From Bosea thiooxidans (lineage in GTDB: Bacteria; Pseudomonadota; Alphaproteobacteria; Rhizobiales; Beijerinckiaceae): 64,000 bases of DNA. Below are positions 35,598-45,319 of the stretch, piece after piece. Where the stretch lies: positions 4,936-68,935 of the forward strand of contig CALRYW010000007.1 of the NCBI GenBank assembly GCA_943372485.1, written 5' to 3'. Positions within the stretch are counted from its first letter, which is position 1; every line of letters begins with the position of its first letter. The position numbers were made by a program, and so were the translations under genes. The notes beneath the pieces were generated by a model. It did no database searches and was not told the origin of the DNA. It was given only the letters and a program-made list of their open reading frames with translations.

Positions 35598-36845
35598 CTA
35601 TTTCTTGCATTCCGGATTGGTCCGGGACGGCAGGCCGATCGCCTTGAACGCCTCCAGCGAGAGGCCCAGCGTCTGCGTCACGTCCGGCACGGCACGCACG
35701 AACTTGTTGGTCAGATCGCCATTGGGCAACTCGGCGACCTCGGTGATGAAGGTCGTGGCGATCGCCTGCCGGTTGTCGTCGAGCCGGATCTTGCCGTTGG
35801 GCGCATTCAGTTCGACCTTGGCCAGCTCGGCGCGCAGCTTGGCGCCGCCATCCGAGAGGTCGCCCTTGACCTTGTCCATCGCGATCGAGAGCGCCATCAC
35901 GGCGTTGTAGTAGTTGGTCGCGAAGAGCGAGGGGCTGGCGAAGCGCTTGTCGGCCGGGAAGGCGTCCTGATAGGTCTTCACCCAGGCCTTCCAGCGCGGG
36001 TCGTCCCAGGCGTCGGCGACGCCGCCCGACGAGGGCGTGCCGACGAGCAGGCGCTTGGCGGCGCCCTTCGACGACAGCACGGTCTGGTCGACCATGATCG
36101 AGCCGCCGATGAATTTCGCCTTGCCGCCGGTCTGGCTGTACTGGTTCAGGAAGTTGACCGCGTCGCCGCCGCCCAAGCCGAGAAACACGGCGTCGACATC
36201 GTCGGGAATGTTGGCGATCACCGAGCCGAAATCCTTGGTGCCGAGCGGCACCCACTGGCGCTGGACGATCTGGCCGCCCGCCCGGCAATAGCCGATCGCG
36301 AAGCCGAAGACCTGCGTGTAGGGGAAGGAGTAGTCCTCGGCGATCACCGAGATCTTCTTGAAGCCCTTGTCCTTCAGCACGTATTCGCCGAGACCGGCCA
36401 TCCACATGGCACCATCGCTGTTGAAGCGGAAGAAGTTCGGCGAGGGATTGACGAAGGTCGTCTCGAGCGCCCCCGACGAGCCGTTGACCATGACGAGGTT
36501 CGGCACCGTCTTGCTGTAGTCGCGCATGGCGATGCCTTCGGAGCCGGAGAGCGGCCCGATGATGAGCTGCACCTTGTCCTGCTCGACCAGCTTGCGGGCC
36601 GCGCGCAGCGCGGAATCCGGGCTGGCGTCGGTGGCTGTGATGATGAATTCGAACTCGCGCCCGGCGATCTTGTTGCCGAGTTCCTTGGCCGCGATCTGGA
36701 CACCGCGGACACCGTCTTCACCGCCGGACGTCAGAGCGCCCGACAGCGTCGCCATCACACCGATCTTGAGTTTTTCCTGGGCATGCGCGGCCGGTGCAGC
36801 CGCGACGAAACAGGCCGCGACGGCGGCCGCAAGCGTCTTGCGCAT
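35598..36845 (-). CDS. LivJ/K-type (PBP1) ABC substrate-binding protein
   Basis: Sec signal; KIGVMATLSG, IIGPLSGSEG, AEDYSFPY, VPLGTKDF. Confidence 0.9.
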   Translation of the reverse strand: MRKTLAAAVAACFVAAAPAAHAQEKLKIGVMATLSGALTSGGEDGVRGVQIAAKELGNKIAGREFEFIITATDASPDSALRAARKLVEQDKVQLIIGPLSGSEGIAMRDYSKTVPNLVMVNGSSGALETTFVNPSPNFFRFNSDGAMWMAGLGEYVLKDKGFKKISVIAEDYSFPYTQVFGFAIGYCRAGGQIVQRQWVPLGTKDFGSVIANIPDDVDAVFLGLGGGDAVNFLNQYSQTGGKAKFIGGSIMVDQTVLSSKGAAKRLLVGTPSSGGVADAWDDPRWKAWVKTYQDAFPADKRFASPSLFATNYYNAVMALSIAMDKVKGDLSDGGAKLRAELAKVELNAPNGKIRLDDNRQAIATTFITEVAELPNGDLTNKFVRAVPDVTQTLGLSLEAFKAIGLPSRTNPECKK

Positions 36846-37249
36846 CGTAGTCCTCCCTGCGTGCTGGCCGCGCCGAAGGTTCTGACGGCGAAGCCGGTGG
36901 CGGCTTTTGAATCCGCTCTAAGGACACGGTAACATAGCGCCCGACGCTGCCAAGGCTGCGGATATTGCGCAGGGTCTGCTTTTTCGGTGCCATAGCCCCG
37001 AGGTGCTGAGCCCGATCGCCTTGCGAAGGATCTAGTTGCAGCAAGTTTGGCGGAAGCCAACCCCTCGACATCGATCGCCAGCCCCAAGGATGCGCGACCT
37101 CGAAATCTGTCGGGCTCGCCGCACCGAAATGCCTGGTTCCAGACAGGGCGCCAAGTTCCGCTTATGCGCAGCTCGCCCGGGCGTAGTAGCAGAAGGGCTG
37201 ACTTACAATGCGTGCGGCCTCCGGACGGAGCCGTCATCTGGACGCTATC

Positions 37250-37951
37250 CTAAAGCTGCTTGAACCCGAGGCTATCCAGCAGGCCAACAAGCATGTCTCC
37301 AGCCTTTGCACGATGCTCATGGTGAATGCTGCGTGCAGCCTCCCCATCCCGTGCAGCGATTGCGTCCACCAACATCGCATGGTCGCGATTGGACCCGACT
37401 GGCTTCGGTCGCAGTCTCAGCGTCAGCATTCTCGCGCGATGGGCCTGCTCGCTCAGCTGGGTCACGATCTGCTGCAGACGCTGATTGCCGGTTAACTTCA
37501 CCAAGAGCTCATGGAAGCGATGATCCGCCGCCGCCCAATCGTCGAGATTGTCGCACGCCAACGCGGCTTCCATTTCGCCGACGGCATCCTTCAGGCCTTG
37601 AAGTTCCTCTGCCGTGACGCCCTTGCGCGCGACCATCTCTGCAGCCGTCGCTTCAAGCGAGGTCAAGACGTCGTAAATTTCGCGCATGTCGGCGCTTGAA
37701 ACCGGCAGGACGCGCATGCCATGGCGCGGCCTGATCTCGACGACACCATCCTGCTCCAGCCGGATCATGGCCTCGCGAACGGGCGTGCGACTCATGCCCA
37801 AGCGTAGGGCGGCCTCCTGCTCAAGCAACTGACTGCCAGCAGGCAACTCGTTGGAAAGTATCAGGTCTTTCATTGCTCGATAGGCGCGTTCCGCGCTTGA
37901 GACCCGATCTTGCTCAAAGTGCGATGCGCCGTCTTTCGGCGTCAGAGGCAT
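37250..37951 (-). CDS. GntR/FCD-family regulator
   Basis: AYRAMKDLIL...EQEAALRLGMSRTPVREAM wHTH; FCD ADHRFHELLV...GNQRL. Start overlaps the upstream gene by ~38 nt. Confidence 0.88.
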   Translation of the reverse strand: MPLTPKDGASHFEQDRVSSAERAYRAMKDLILSNELPAGSQLLEQEAALRLGMSRTPVREAMIRLEQDGVVEIRPRHGMRVLPVSSADMREIYDVLTSLEATAAEMVARKGVTAEELQGLKDAVGEMEAALACDNLDDWAAADHRFHELLVKLTGNQRLQQIVTQLSEQAHRARMLTLRLRPKPVGSNRDHAMLVDAIAARDGEAARSIHHEHRAKAGDMLVGLLDSLGFKQL

Positions 37952-38948
37952 AAACCGTTTCCTCAATCTCGATGTTGGTCAGATAGGCGCGCCCCGTATT
38001 CTCCAGATGCCCTCGACCAAGTCGATGATCGATGACATGGCGCTGAAAGCCATAGACGCAATCGCCGCCGAAATCCGTGTTGGACCACGCGTAGTCGACG
38101 GCCCGAGCTTCATTCTCGCCATGAGGGCGCAACGTCAACCCGCCATCGCCATCGAGCGAAAGGGTGCCTCGTTGCCCCTCGATCACCATCTCGCCCATCG
38201 TCAATCGGCGGTTGCAGGCCCTGTGGTCGGCCAGGCGATTGCCGTCGAACAGGCAGCGCACGCCGCTTTTCATATCTAGGAGAATCAGGCCCGCATCCTC
38301 GCCCGCTATCCGCGGATTCAACTTACGCAGGGATGCGAAGACTCCCTCCGCCTCGCCGAACAGAAAGCGAAATGTATCGATGAGGTGGATTGCCGTCTCA
38401 TGCACGAGCAGCCTCGGCATCGTCTGAAAATAGGGCTGGCGATCGAGATAGGCTCGCTCTCCTTGGCCGTCACCGGGCCGCAGACGAAACGTCGCCTGAT
38501 AGACCTCGCCGAGGGCGCCCTCGTCCAACAGGCGCTTGATCTCGCGATGCCAGGGCTGAAAGCGGAAGTTTTCATGAATGATGACCGTAACGCCCGCCCG
38601 ATCGGCGATGTCCATCGCCTGCGTGGCTTCGGCCAGCGTGCGGCAGAACGGCTTTTGACAGATGATGTCAATGCCGCGCGCGGCAACCGCCGCAATGGTC
38701 GAGAGATGGGTTTCCGGGGGGGTGATGATGTCGACCAGATCGGGGCGGGTCTCGTCGAGCATGCGACCGAGGTCGTCGAACGCCCCAGGAATCTTAAACT
38801 CTGTCGCAAAGGCCAGAGCCGGGTCGAGCGTCCGGTTGCAGATGCCGACCAGGGCGACCTCGGGGATTCGTTTCCAGGCGCGATACTGGAACCGGCTGAA
38901 ATAGCCGGCGCCGACGGCTGCGACGCGGATGGGAGTGGGGAGCGGCAT
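37914..38948 (-). CDS. Gfo/Idh/MocA-family oxidoreductase
   Basis: VGAGYF, ITPPETH, ICQKPF, HENFRFQP, ETAIHLID; start trimmed to MPLPTP. Confidence 0.9.
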   Translation of the reverse strand: MPLPTPIRVAAVGAGYFSRFQYRAWKRIPEVALVGICNRTLDPALAFATEFKIPGAFDDLGRMLDETRPDLVDIITPPETHLSTIAAVAARGIDIICQKPFCRTLAEATQAMDIADRAGVTVIIHENFRFQPWHREIKRLLDEGALGEVYQATFRLRPGDGQGERAYLDRQPYFQTMPRLLVHETAIHLIDTFRFLFGEAEGVFASLRKLNPRIAGEDAGLILLDMKSGVRCLFDGNRLADHRACNRRLTMGEMVIEGQRGTLSLDGDGGLTLRPHGENEARAVDYAWSNTDFGGDCVYGFQRHVIDHRLGRGHLENTGRAYLTNIEIEETVYASDAERRRIAL

Positions 38949-38952
38949 CGGT

Positions 38953-40062
38953 TCAGGCCGCAACCGGCTCGCAGAGCCCGATCGCATCGAGGACGCGTCG
39001 CGTGATCTCGCGGGTGCCATCTCGGCCCCCGCTTTCGCAGGGCTGGAGGCCATCCGCAAAGGCCATGTCCACAGCCGAGCGGATCAGTCCCCCCGCCATG
39101 ATGGCTTCGGTCCGCTGATGCTTGGCACCCAGCCATTCCAGCATCATCGCGGCAGACAGGAACATCGCGATCGGGTTCGCCTTGTCCTGGCCGGCGATGT
39201 CGGGTGCCGTGCCGTGGCAGGGCTGGAACACGGCCTGGCGGTCGCCGATGTCCGCCGAGGGGGCGAAGCCCATCCCACCCATCAGCCCCGCACCCAGGTC
39301 GGAAAGAATGTCGCCGAACATGTTCTCGGTGACCAGCACATCGAGGTCCCACGGCCGGCGGACCATATTGAGCGCCGTGGCATCGATATAGGCGTGCTCT
39401 GCGCGGATGTCCGGGAACAGCCTCGCCCGTTCGTCGAAAACCTTCCGGAAGAAGGCGAAGCTTGCGAACACATTGGCTTTGTCGACGCAGGTCACGACCC
39501 CCTTGCCGCCGCGGCCCTTGCGCTCGCGCGCAAGGCGGAAGGAGAAGTCGAACAGGCGTTCGCAGACCGCGCGCGTGATGACCATCGTGTCGCGCGCCTC
39601 ACGGTCTTCGACGACGACGCCCTTGCCCCGTGAGGAAAAGAGGCCCTCCGTGGACTCCCGGATCACCACGAAATCCAGCCTTTGCGCCCGCTCATCGGCC
39701 AGGACGGGCTTCATGTTCGGCAATGTCCTGACCGGACGGACGCCGGCATAGAGCCCGAACTCGATGCGCAGGTCGATCTGCGGTGAGATTTCGGTCCCGT
39801 CTGCGTAACGGATATCGGGCCAGCCCATCGCGCCGAGCAGGATGGCATCGGCCTGCGCCGCCGCCGCGAGCGTCTCCCTCGGCAGGGCAATGCCCGTGTC
39901 GCGGTAGCACAAGGCGCCGGCCTGCCTCTGGTCGAACGCCAGGCGGAAGCCGCCGACGCGCCCGGTCGCGGCCTCGAGGACGGCAAGGCTCGGTGCCGTC
40001 ACCTCAACGCCGATGCCATCGCCCGGCAGCACGCAGATCTGGAATGTGTCGTTGGCGCTCAT
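38953..40062 (-). CDS. Isocitrate/isopropylmalate/tartrate dehydrogenase-family beta-decarboxylating dehydrogenase
   Basis: LPGDGIGVEV, IRESTEG, VDKANV, ENMFGDILSD, HGTAPDIAGQDKANP. Confidence 0.9.
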   Translation of the reverse strand: MSANDTFQICVLPGDGIGVEVTAPSLAVLEAATGRVGGFRLAFDQRQAGALCYRDTGIALPRETLAAAAQADAILLGAMGWPDIRYADGTEISPQIDLRIEFGLYAGVRPVRTLPNMKPVLADERAQRLDFVVIRESTEGLFSSRGKGVVVEDREARDTMVITRAVCERLFDFSFRLARERKGRGGKGVVTCVDKANVFASFAFFRKVFDERARLFPDIRAEHAYIDATALNMVRRPWDLDVLVTENMFGDILSDLGAGLMGGMGFAPSADIGDRQAVFQPCHGTAPDIAGQDKANPIAMFLSAAMMLEWLGAKHQRTEAIMAGGLIRSAVDMAFADGLQPCESGGRDGTREITRRVLDAIGLCEPVAA

Positions 40063-41120
40063 GATGTCCTCGTCGGAGATTCGTCGGGTGACCGACTGGC
40101 GGCCAGCGCCGCCAGAGGGCCGATATCGAAATCGTAATGGGTCGGACGCTCGCCCTTCACCGCCGCGTCGAAGAAGGGAACCCGATCGTCCAGAAGGCAG
40201 CCAAGATAGGCTGTCGTCAAAGCCGCGCCTCCGAAGGCGAGACTGGAGACATTTTTCAATCTGTCGCTCTTGACCCCGTCGAGATGGGGCCGCCCCATCG
40301 TGCCTGCCTGGAAGGCCGCCTCGACCCAGGCGAGGTGCTCCGGCTGCGAGTCCTCAATCATGATCTGTTGCGCGCCGTCGGGGCTGACGCGGATCACGCG
40401 GTTCGAGACGATGCTGGTGACCCATGCGCCGCCCTCAGCGTCCAGGACGACGCCGTCGGGAAACGTGCCCTCGCCGAAGCTGGCCAGTGTCGTGCGATTT
40501 GACAGGTCGCCATCGGACCCGACGTCGAACCGGGTGAGCCGCCGCGCAAAGGTCTCGTTGACGAGAAGATGGCGCTCATCGGCGGACAGGGCGCATTCGT
40601 TGGCATAGCCCAGGCCATCGGCGACGATGCGGGCGACGCCGTTCTCGACCAGTGCGATGAAGCCCGACGAGGCCGTCGGCCGGTAGTCGTCGCCTCGGGG
40701 CACGATCCGTGTCGACACGGTGAGCCAGATGCGCCCGCGCCTGTCGCGCAGAGCAAAATTCGAGGGTGGGATCGGCGCCCCCTCGATATGCGCGATCAGC
40801 GTCTCGGTTCGGCCGTCCGGATACAGCCTGACCAGACCGCCATCATCCTGTCCGAGATGGGCGATGAGGAAGGATCCTCCCGGCTCCAAGGCGATGCCGT
40901 TGGGCCGCAGTGGCGCCGCGCGATCCCTCGCCAGCAAACGCGTGACGCGCCCATCGGTCGCGATCAGCGCGACGCCGCCGCTGCCCGTCCAGTCTGCGGC
41001 GAAGAGCAGGCCGGAGCGATGTGTGACGACGCATTCCGGACGGCTGAGCCCGCGACCCAGGAACGCCAAGCGATCCAGCGCGATGCTGCCGGCGCGTTCA
41101 GGGGTCGCGGGTTCTGCCAT
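40059..41120 (-). CDS. SMP-30/gluconolactonase-like beta-propeller protein
   Basis: LSRPEC, PNGIA, PSNF, GYANE, FPDGVVLDAEGGAWV; start trimmed to MAEPAT. Confidence 0.8.
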   Translation of the reverse strand: MAEPATPERAGSIALDRLAFLGRGLSRPECVVTHRSGLLFAADWTGSGGVALIATDGRVTRLLARDRAAPLRPNGIALEPGGSFLIAHLGQDDGGLVRLYPDGRTETLIAHIEGAPIPPSNFALRDRRGRIWLTVSTRIVPRGDDYRPTASSGFIALVENGVARIVADGLGYANECALSADERHLLVNETFARRLTRFDVGSDGDLSNRTTLASFGEGTFPDGVVLDAEGGAWVTSIVSNRVIRVSPDGAQQIMIEDSQPEHLAWVEAAFQAGTMGRPHLDGVKSDRLKNVSSLAFGGAALTTAYLGCLLDDRVPFFDAAVKGERPTHYDFDIGPLAALAASRSPDESPTRTS

Positions 41121-41166
41121 GACGAGGATCCGATCGGGATTGATGCGTTGACTAGCGCGTTTGTTA

Positions 41167-41176
41167 ATGTATGCAT
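41167..41176. promoter_or_regulatory. Candidate GntR/FCD operator in divergent promoter
   Basis: Near-palindrome ATGTATGCAT in an AT-rich stretch between the catabolic genes and the TRAP operon. Confidence 0.3.
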
Positions 41177-41305
41177 AAATCCGCGATGCAGCCAAGGCAA
41201 CCGCGTCTGCATCAAGAGTGATCTGCCAGCCGCCGACAAGAGCGGACGGCCGGGGAAGAGTAACCAGCCGGCTGATCGCGTGCCGGCGACAAGGGAGGAC
41301 AAGCC

Positions 41306-42316
41306 ATGACATCAAAGCGTCACTTTGCAGCAATCCTGGGGGCGGGCCTTTTGTCGGCGCTCTGCGCCGGTTCCGCGCTTGCGCAGACGACCCTCCGCTT
41401 CAGCCACACCGACACGCCCGTCGGTTCACGCCAGAAGGCAGCCGAGCACTTCGCCCAGAAGGTCGAGGAGTACTCCAAGGGCAAGCTCAAGGTGCAGGTC
41501 TTCCACTCCGGCCAGCTTGCAAACGATCCCAAGGCGGTGGAGCAGCTGCAGCTCGGCGGCATCGACTTCACGGTGACGGCGACCGGCACCTATGCGACGC
41601 AGAACAAGGCCTTGAATCTCGCCGGGTTGCCTTTCCTGGTCGATACCTACGAGCAGGGCTGGAAACTCTACGACGAGTCGCCCTATCTCAAGGCGCAGTT
41701 CGACGAACTGCCGAAGAAGGGCATCCGCATCCTCTCCACCTGGGAAGCGGGCTTCCGCTCCTTCACCACCAAGGACCCTCTCGCGAGCCCGGCCGACGCC
41801 AAGGGCAAGAAGATGCGGGTGTTCCCGAATGACATGATCCGCTGGATCATGGAGTCGATCGGCTTCTCGCCGATCGTCTTGCCGGTGACAGAGGTCTATC
41901 TCGCCATCCAGCAGGGCACGGTCATCGGTCAGGAGAATCCGACCGATACGATCTACTCCCTGCGCTTCTACGAGGTCGCGCCCAACATCACGCTGACGCG
42001 ACACGTCTATTCGCCACTGCCGCTCGCCATCGCGGAAGCGACCTGGCAGCGACTGTCGGCCGAGGATCGGGACGCCGTGTCGAAGGCCGCCAAGGAGTCC
42101 TCGACTCTGTCTCGCCAACTCGTGCGGGGTGACGAGGAACGGCAATTGGCTGAGATGACAGCCAAGGGTGCCAAAGTCGCGAAACCCGCGATCGGGCCGT
42201 TCCGCGACGCCGTCCAGCCGGTATACCAGAAGGCGAAAGACGCGTTCGGCGCCAAGGATGTCGATGCGATGCTCGCGTCAGCCGACGCCATCCGCAAAGC
42301 TCTCCCGTCCAACTGA
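41306..42316 (+). CDS. dctP: TRAP transporter substrate-binding protein
   Basis: LRFSH, VFHSGQL, WEAGFR, KMRV, GQENP, TRHVY. Confidence 0.92.
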   Translation: MTSKRHFAAILGAGLLSALCAGSALAQTTLRFSHTDTPVGSRQKAAEHFAQKVEEYSKGKLKVQVFHSGQLANDPKAVEQLQLGGIDFTVTATGTYATQNKALNLAGLPFLVDTYEQGWKLYDESPYLKAQFDELPKKGIRILSTWEAGFRSFTTKDPLASPADAKGKKMRVFPNDMIRWIMESIGFSPIVLPVTEVYLAIQQGTVIGQENPTDTIYSLRFYEVAPNITLTRHVYSPLPLAIAEATWQRLSAEDRDAVSKAAKESSTLSRQLVRGDEERQLAEMTAKGAKVAKPAIGPFRDAVQPVYQKAKDAFGAKDVDAMLASADAIRKALPSN

Positions 42317-42319
42317 CAC

Positions 42320-42853
42320 ATGCGCGAAACGGTGACAGCATTTTTCCACCGCCCGCAGCGCCCAGAACCCGCTGCCCTGCGGGTTCTGGGCGATGTCATC
42401 GACATCGCTCTGGTCGGGCTTTCGCTCGTGCTTGTCGTGGTGATGTTCTCCAATGTCCTGGCGCGCGGCTTCCTGAACATCGACATCGCCTGGAACACCG
42501 AGTTCGGCGAATTCTGTTTGGTCTGGGCGACGTTTGTCGGAGCCGCCGCCGCGGCGCGGCGTGGGGCCCATATGCGGATCACCGAACTGATCGAGGCTGC
42601 CTCGCCGCAAATACGTCGCCGGCTGGAACTGGTGACACGGCTCGCGATCCTGATCCTCCTTGGCCTTCTGATCTGGCGCGGCCTGCTGATCGTCGAGCGC
42701 ACCATGACGCAGGAGATGAGCGTGCTGCACTGGCCGGTGGGGCTCCAGTATCTCGCGATGCCGATCGGCTCCCTGCTCACGACGATCTATGTCGCCTATG
42801 ACGCATCGCTCTTGCTGCGCGGCGAGGATGCCCTCGCACCGGCCGTGGGGTAA
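42320..42853 (+). CDS. dctQ: TRAP transporter small permease
   Basis: Four TM helices; WNTEF...VWATFVGAAAAARRGAHMRI. Confidence 0.88.
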   Translation: MRETVTAFFHRPQRPEPAALRVLGDVIDIALVGLSLVLVVVMFSNVLARGFLNIDIAWNTEFGEFCLVWATFVGAAAAARRGAHMRITELIEAASPQIRRRLELVTRLAILILLGLLIWRGLLIVERTMTQEMSVLHWPVGLQYLAMPIGSLLTTIYVAYDASLLLRGEDALAPAVG

Positions 42854-42857
42854 CGCC

Positions 42858-44141
42858 GTGGTCCTCGTCGTCATCTGCGTGCTCTTCTTCGGCCTGGCGC
42901 TGCTCGGCATGCCGCTGGTCTGGTCCCTGCTGCTGACCACGATCGCCACGATCGCCGTATTCGGGCGCTTCTACCCAATGGAAGCGATCTTCCTGACCTA
43001 TGTCGGTGGCGTGGAGCCCCTTTATCTCGCTGCGATTCCCCTGTTCGTCCTCGCCGGCGAATTGATCAGCCAGGGCGGCGTCGGACGCCGGCTGATCGCC
43101 TTCGCGAGCACTCTTCTGGGCTTTCTGCCGGGCGGGCTCGGCGTCGTCACCGTCTCGTCCGCGACGCTGTTTGGCGCGATCTCCGGCTCGGCCGTCGCGG
43201 ATTCAGCCGCGATCGGCTCGGTCATGATTCCCGGCATGAAGCGGAAGGGTTATCCGCCGCCGTTTTCGGCGGCACTGGTCGCAACTTCCGGCACACTCGG
43301 CATCTTGATCCCGCCCTCGATCCCGCTGTTGGTCTATGGCTTCGTCGGTAACGTCTCCGTGGCGGAGCTGTTTCTGTCGGGCGTGGTTCCCGGCCTGCTG
43401 TTCGCGGGCTGCCTGATGGCGCTGTGCATCTACAAGGGCCGCAAGCTCGGCTGCGATGTTGGCGGCACGCGGCCCGACTTCATGCAGCTTCGCGCATCCT
43501 TCATCGACACGGTCCCGGCGCTTCTCGCCCCCGTCATCATTCTAGGCGGCATCTACAGCGGTTTGTTCACGCCGACCGAAGCTGCGGCGATCGCCGTCGT
43601 CTACGGTCTGGTGCTGGCGTTCGTCGTCTATCGCGAGTTGCCGCTCAGCGCGCTACCTGGGCTCGCCCTCCAGGCGATGATCACCAGCGCGGTCGTCTTG
43701 GTCGTGATCGGCGCGACGGCGGCGCTCGCCTGGCTGATCACGGTCGAGCAGGTGCCCGCGCAGTTCTCGGCCTGGATCGCCCAGATTTCCAGTTCGAAAT
43801 GGGTGTTCCTCGGATTGTTGAACGTTCTCCTGATCCTGATCGGCATCTTCCTCGAACCGCTTCCTGCGCTCATCCTGACCGCGCCGTTGTTCATTCCGAC
43901 CGCAACGGCGTTCGGTGTCGATCCGGTCCATCTCGGGCTGATCATGACCTTCAATCTCGCGATCGGGCTCTACACACCTCCGGTCGGCGGCACGTTGTTC
44001 GTTGCGGCGCGGATTGCGAATGTTGGGATGGGTGCGATTTCCCGGGAGCTGCTGCCGATGTTTGCGATTGCCCTCGCCATGCTGGTGCTCGTCACCTATG
44101 TCGAGTCGGTGCCGATGGCGCTGGTTTGGCTCAGCCGATAG
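42858..44141 (+). CDS. dctM: TRAP transporter large permease
   Basis: GTG start; AIPLFVLAGEL, FGAISGSAVAD, LIPPSIP, FTPTEAA, GLYTPPVG. Confidence 0.92.
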   Translation: MVLVVICVLFFGLALLGMPLVWSLLLTTIATIAVFGRFYPMEAIFLTYVGGVEPLYLAAIPLFVLAGELISQGGVGRRLIAFASTLLGFLPGGLGVVTVSSATLFGAISGSAVADSAAIGSVMIPGMKRKGYPPPFSAALVATSGTLGILIPPSIPLLVYGFVGNVSVAELFLSGVVPGLLFAGCLMALCIYKGRKLGCDVGGTRPDFMQLRASFIDTVPALLAPVIILGGIYSGLFTPTEAAAIAVVYGLVLAFVVYRELPLSALPGLALQAMITSAVVLVVIGATAALAWLITVEQVPAQFSAWIAQISSSKWVFLGLLNVLLILIGIFLEPLPALILTAPLFIPTATAFGVDPVHLGLIMTFNLAIGLYTPPVGGTLFVAARIANVGMGAISRELLPMFAIALAMLVLVTYVESVPMALVWLSR

Positions 44142-44220
44142 CGCTATGTCGGTATCAAACAACTGACCTAGCCTTTTCTCCGACCTGCAGGCAGGACGTC
44201 CCGGCGAACGTCGGTCCCGA

Positions 44221-44234
44221 TTGCGATTACGCAA
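44221..44234. promoter_or_regulatory. Crp/Fnr-type box TTGCG-N4-CGCAA, copy 1
   Basis: TTGCGATTACGCAA ~94 nt upstream of the TDT gene start; 44218-44239 is identical to 45773-45794. Confidence 0.75.
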
Positions 44235-44327
44235 TGCGATGACGCCTCCAGGCGTCATTCTCGCTCCGCCACGGTCGCCGGCCCTCGGGAGCGGCCACCG
44301 GCGGTGGACACGGCCGGGAGCGACGTC

Positions 44328-45311
44328 ATGACCACAGCCATCTCTGCCAGCGACCATCCAGCCGAACCACGCCTCCGTCATTTCCCGGTCAGCTTCTTCT
44401 CGATGGTGATGGGCCTGACCGGGCTTTCGATCGCGCTGGAGAAGGGAGCGAGCACGATCCATGCCCTGCAGGCCATCGGGCATGTCGTGCTGGCTCTTGC
44501 GGGGGGCCTGTTCGTCCTGCTCGCCTTGCTCTACGGCGCCAAGATGCTGCTCCACCCGCAGGCGGTCCGCGAGGAGTTCGCCCATCCGGTGCGCCTGCAC
44601 TTCGTTCCGACGATCGCGATCAGCCTGATCCTGCTCAGCATCGCCTCTCTGGAGTCCAGCCGCGATCTCGCGGCCGGGCTCCTGCTCGTCGGCGCACCGC
44701 TGCAACTGGCGCTGACCCTGCTGGTGCTCGACCGCTGGATCAACCGCGAGCATTTCCAGACGCCTCACCTCAATCCGGCTTGGTTCATCCCGATCGTCGG
44801 CAACATGCTGGTCCCGATCGCCGGGGTGAGCCTCGGCTATCGCGAAGCCTCCTGGCTGTTCTTTGCTGTCGGCATCGTGTTCTGGCTGCCGCTGTTTGCC
44901 ATCGTCCTGAACCGGATCGTGTTCCATCAGCCCTTGCCGGACCGGCTCAGGCCGACGCTCTTCATCCTGATCGCCCCACCGGCCGTCGGATGCCTCGCCT
45001 ATCTCAAGCTGGCCGGCGGGATCGACGCCTTCGCCCGCATCCTCTATTTCTTCGGGCTGTTCCTGACGCTGCTGCTGCTGACCCAGGTGCCCCGGCTGCG
45101 GCGCATCGCCTTCTACCTGTCCTGGTGGGCCTATTCCTTCCCACTGGCGGCGATCACCGTCGCGAGCTTTGCGATGGCGGAGCAGACCGGCGTTGCGGGC
45201 TATCGCCAGATCGCCTTCGTCCTGCTGGCCTTCACCAGCCTGCTCGTCGCCGGCCTGCTGCTGCGCACCGGCATCGCCGTCGCCCGGCGGCAGATCTGCC
45301 AGCCGGAATAG
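44328..45311 (+). CDS. TDT/SLAC1 (TehA/SSU1-like) anion channel or exporter
   Basis: PVSFFSMVMGLTGL, NPAWFIPIVGN, LFILIAPP, FYLSWWAYSFPLAA. Confidence 0.9.
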   Translation: MTTAISASDHPAEPRLRHFPVSFFSMVMGLTGLSIALEKGASTIHALQAIGHVVLALAGGLFVLLALLYGAKMLLHPQAVREEFAHPVRLHFVPTIAISLILLSIASLESSRDLAAGLLLVGAPLQLALTLLVLDRWINREHFQTPHLNPAWFIPIVGNMLVPIAGVSLGYREASWLFFAVGIVFWLPLFAIVLNRIVFHQPLPDRLRPTLFILIAPPAVGCLAYLKLAGGIDAFARILYFFGLFLTLLLLTQVPRLRRIAFYLSWWAYSFPLAAITVASFAMAEQTGVAGYRQIAFVLLAFTSLLVAGLLLRTGIAVARRQICQPE

Positions 45312-45319
45312 GTGGCGTC

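Noticed and set aside
36960-37240. Possible IS6-like transposase remnant (minus-frame ...SAKLAATRSFARRSGSAPRGYGTEKA...)
   Set aside because: Only a faint by-eye resemblance, with no IRs or DDE residues identifiable; an HMM or tblastn search would be needed.
44146-44160. Canonical FNR box (ATCAA half-site) after dctM
   Set aside because: The left half-site is TATGT, only 2 of 5 matches to TTGAT.
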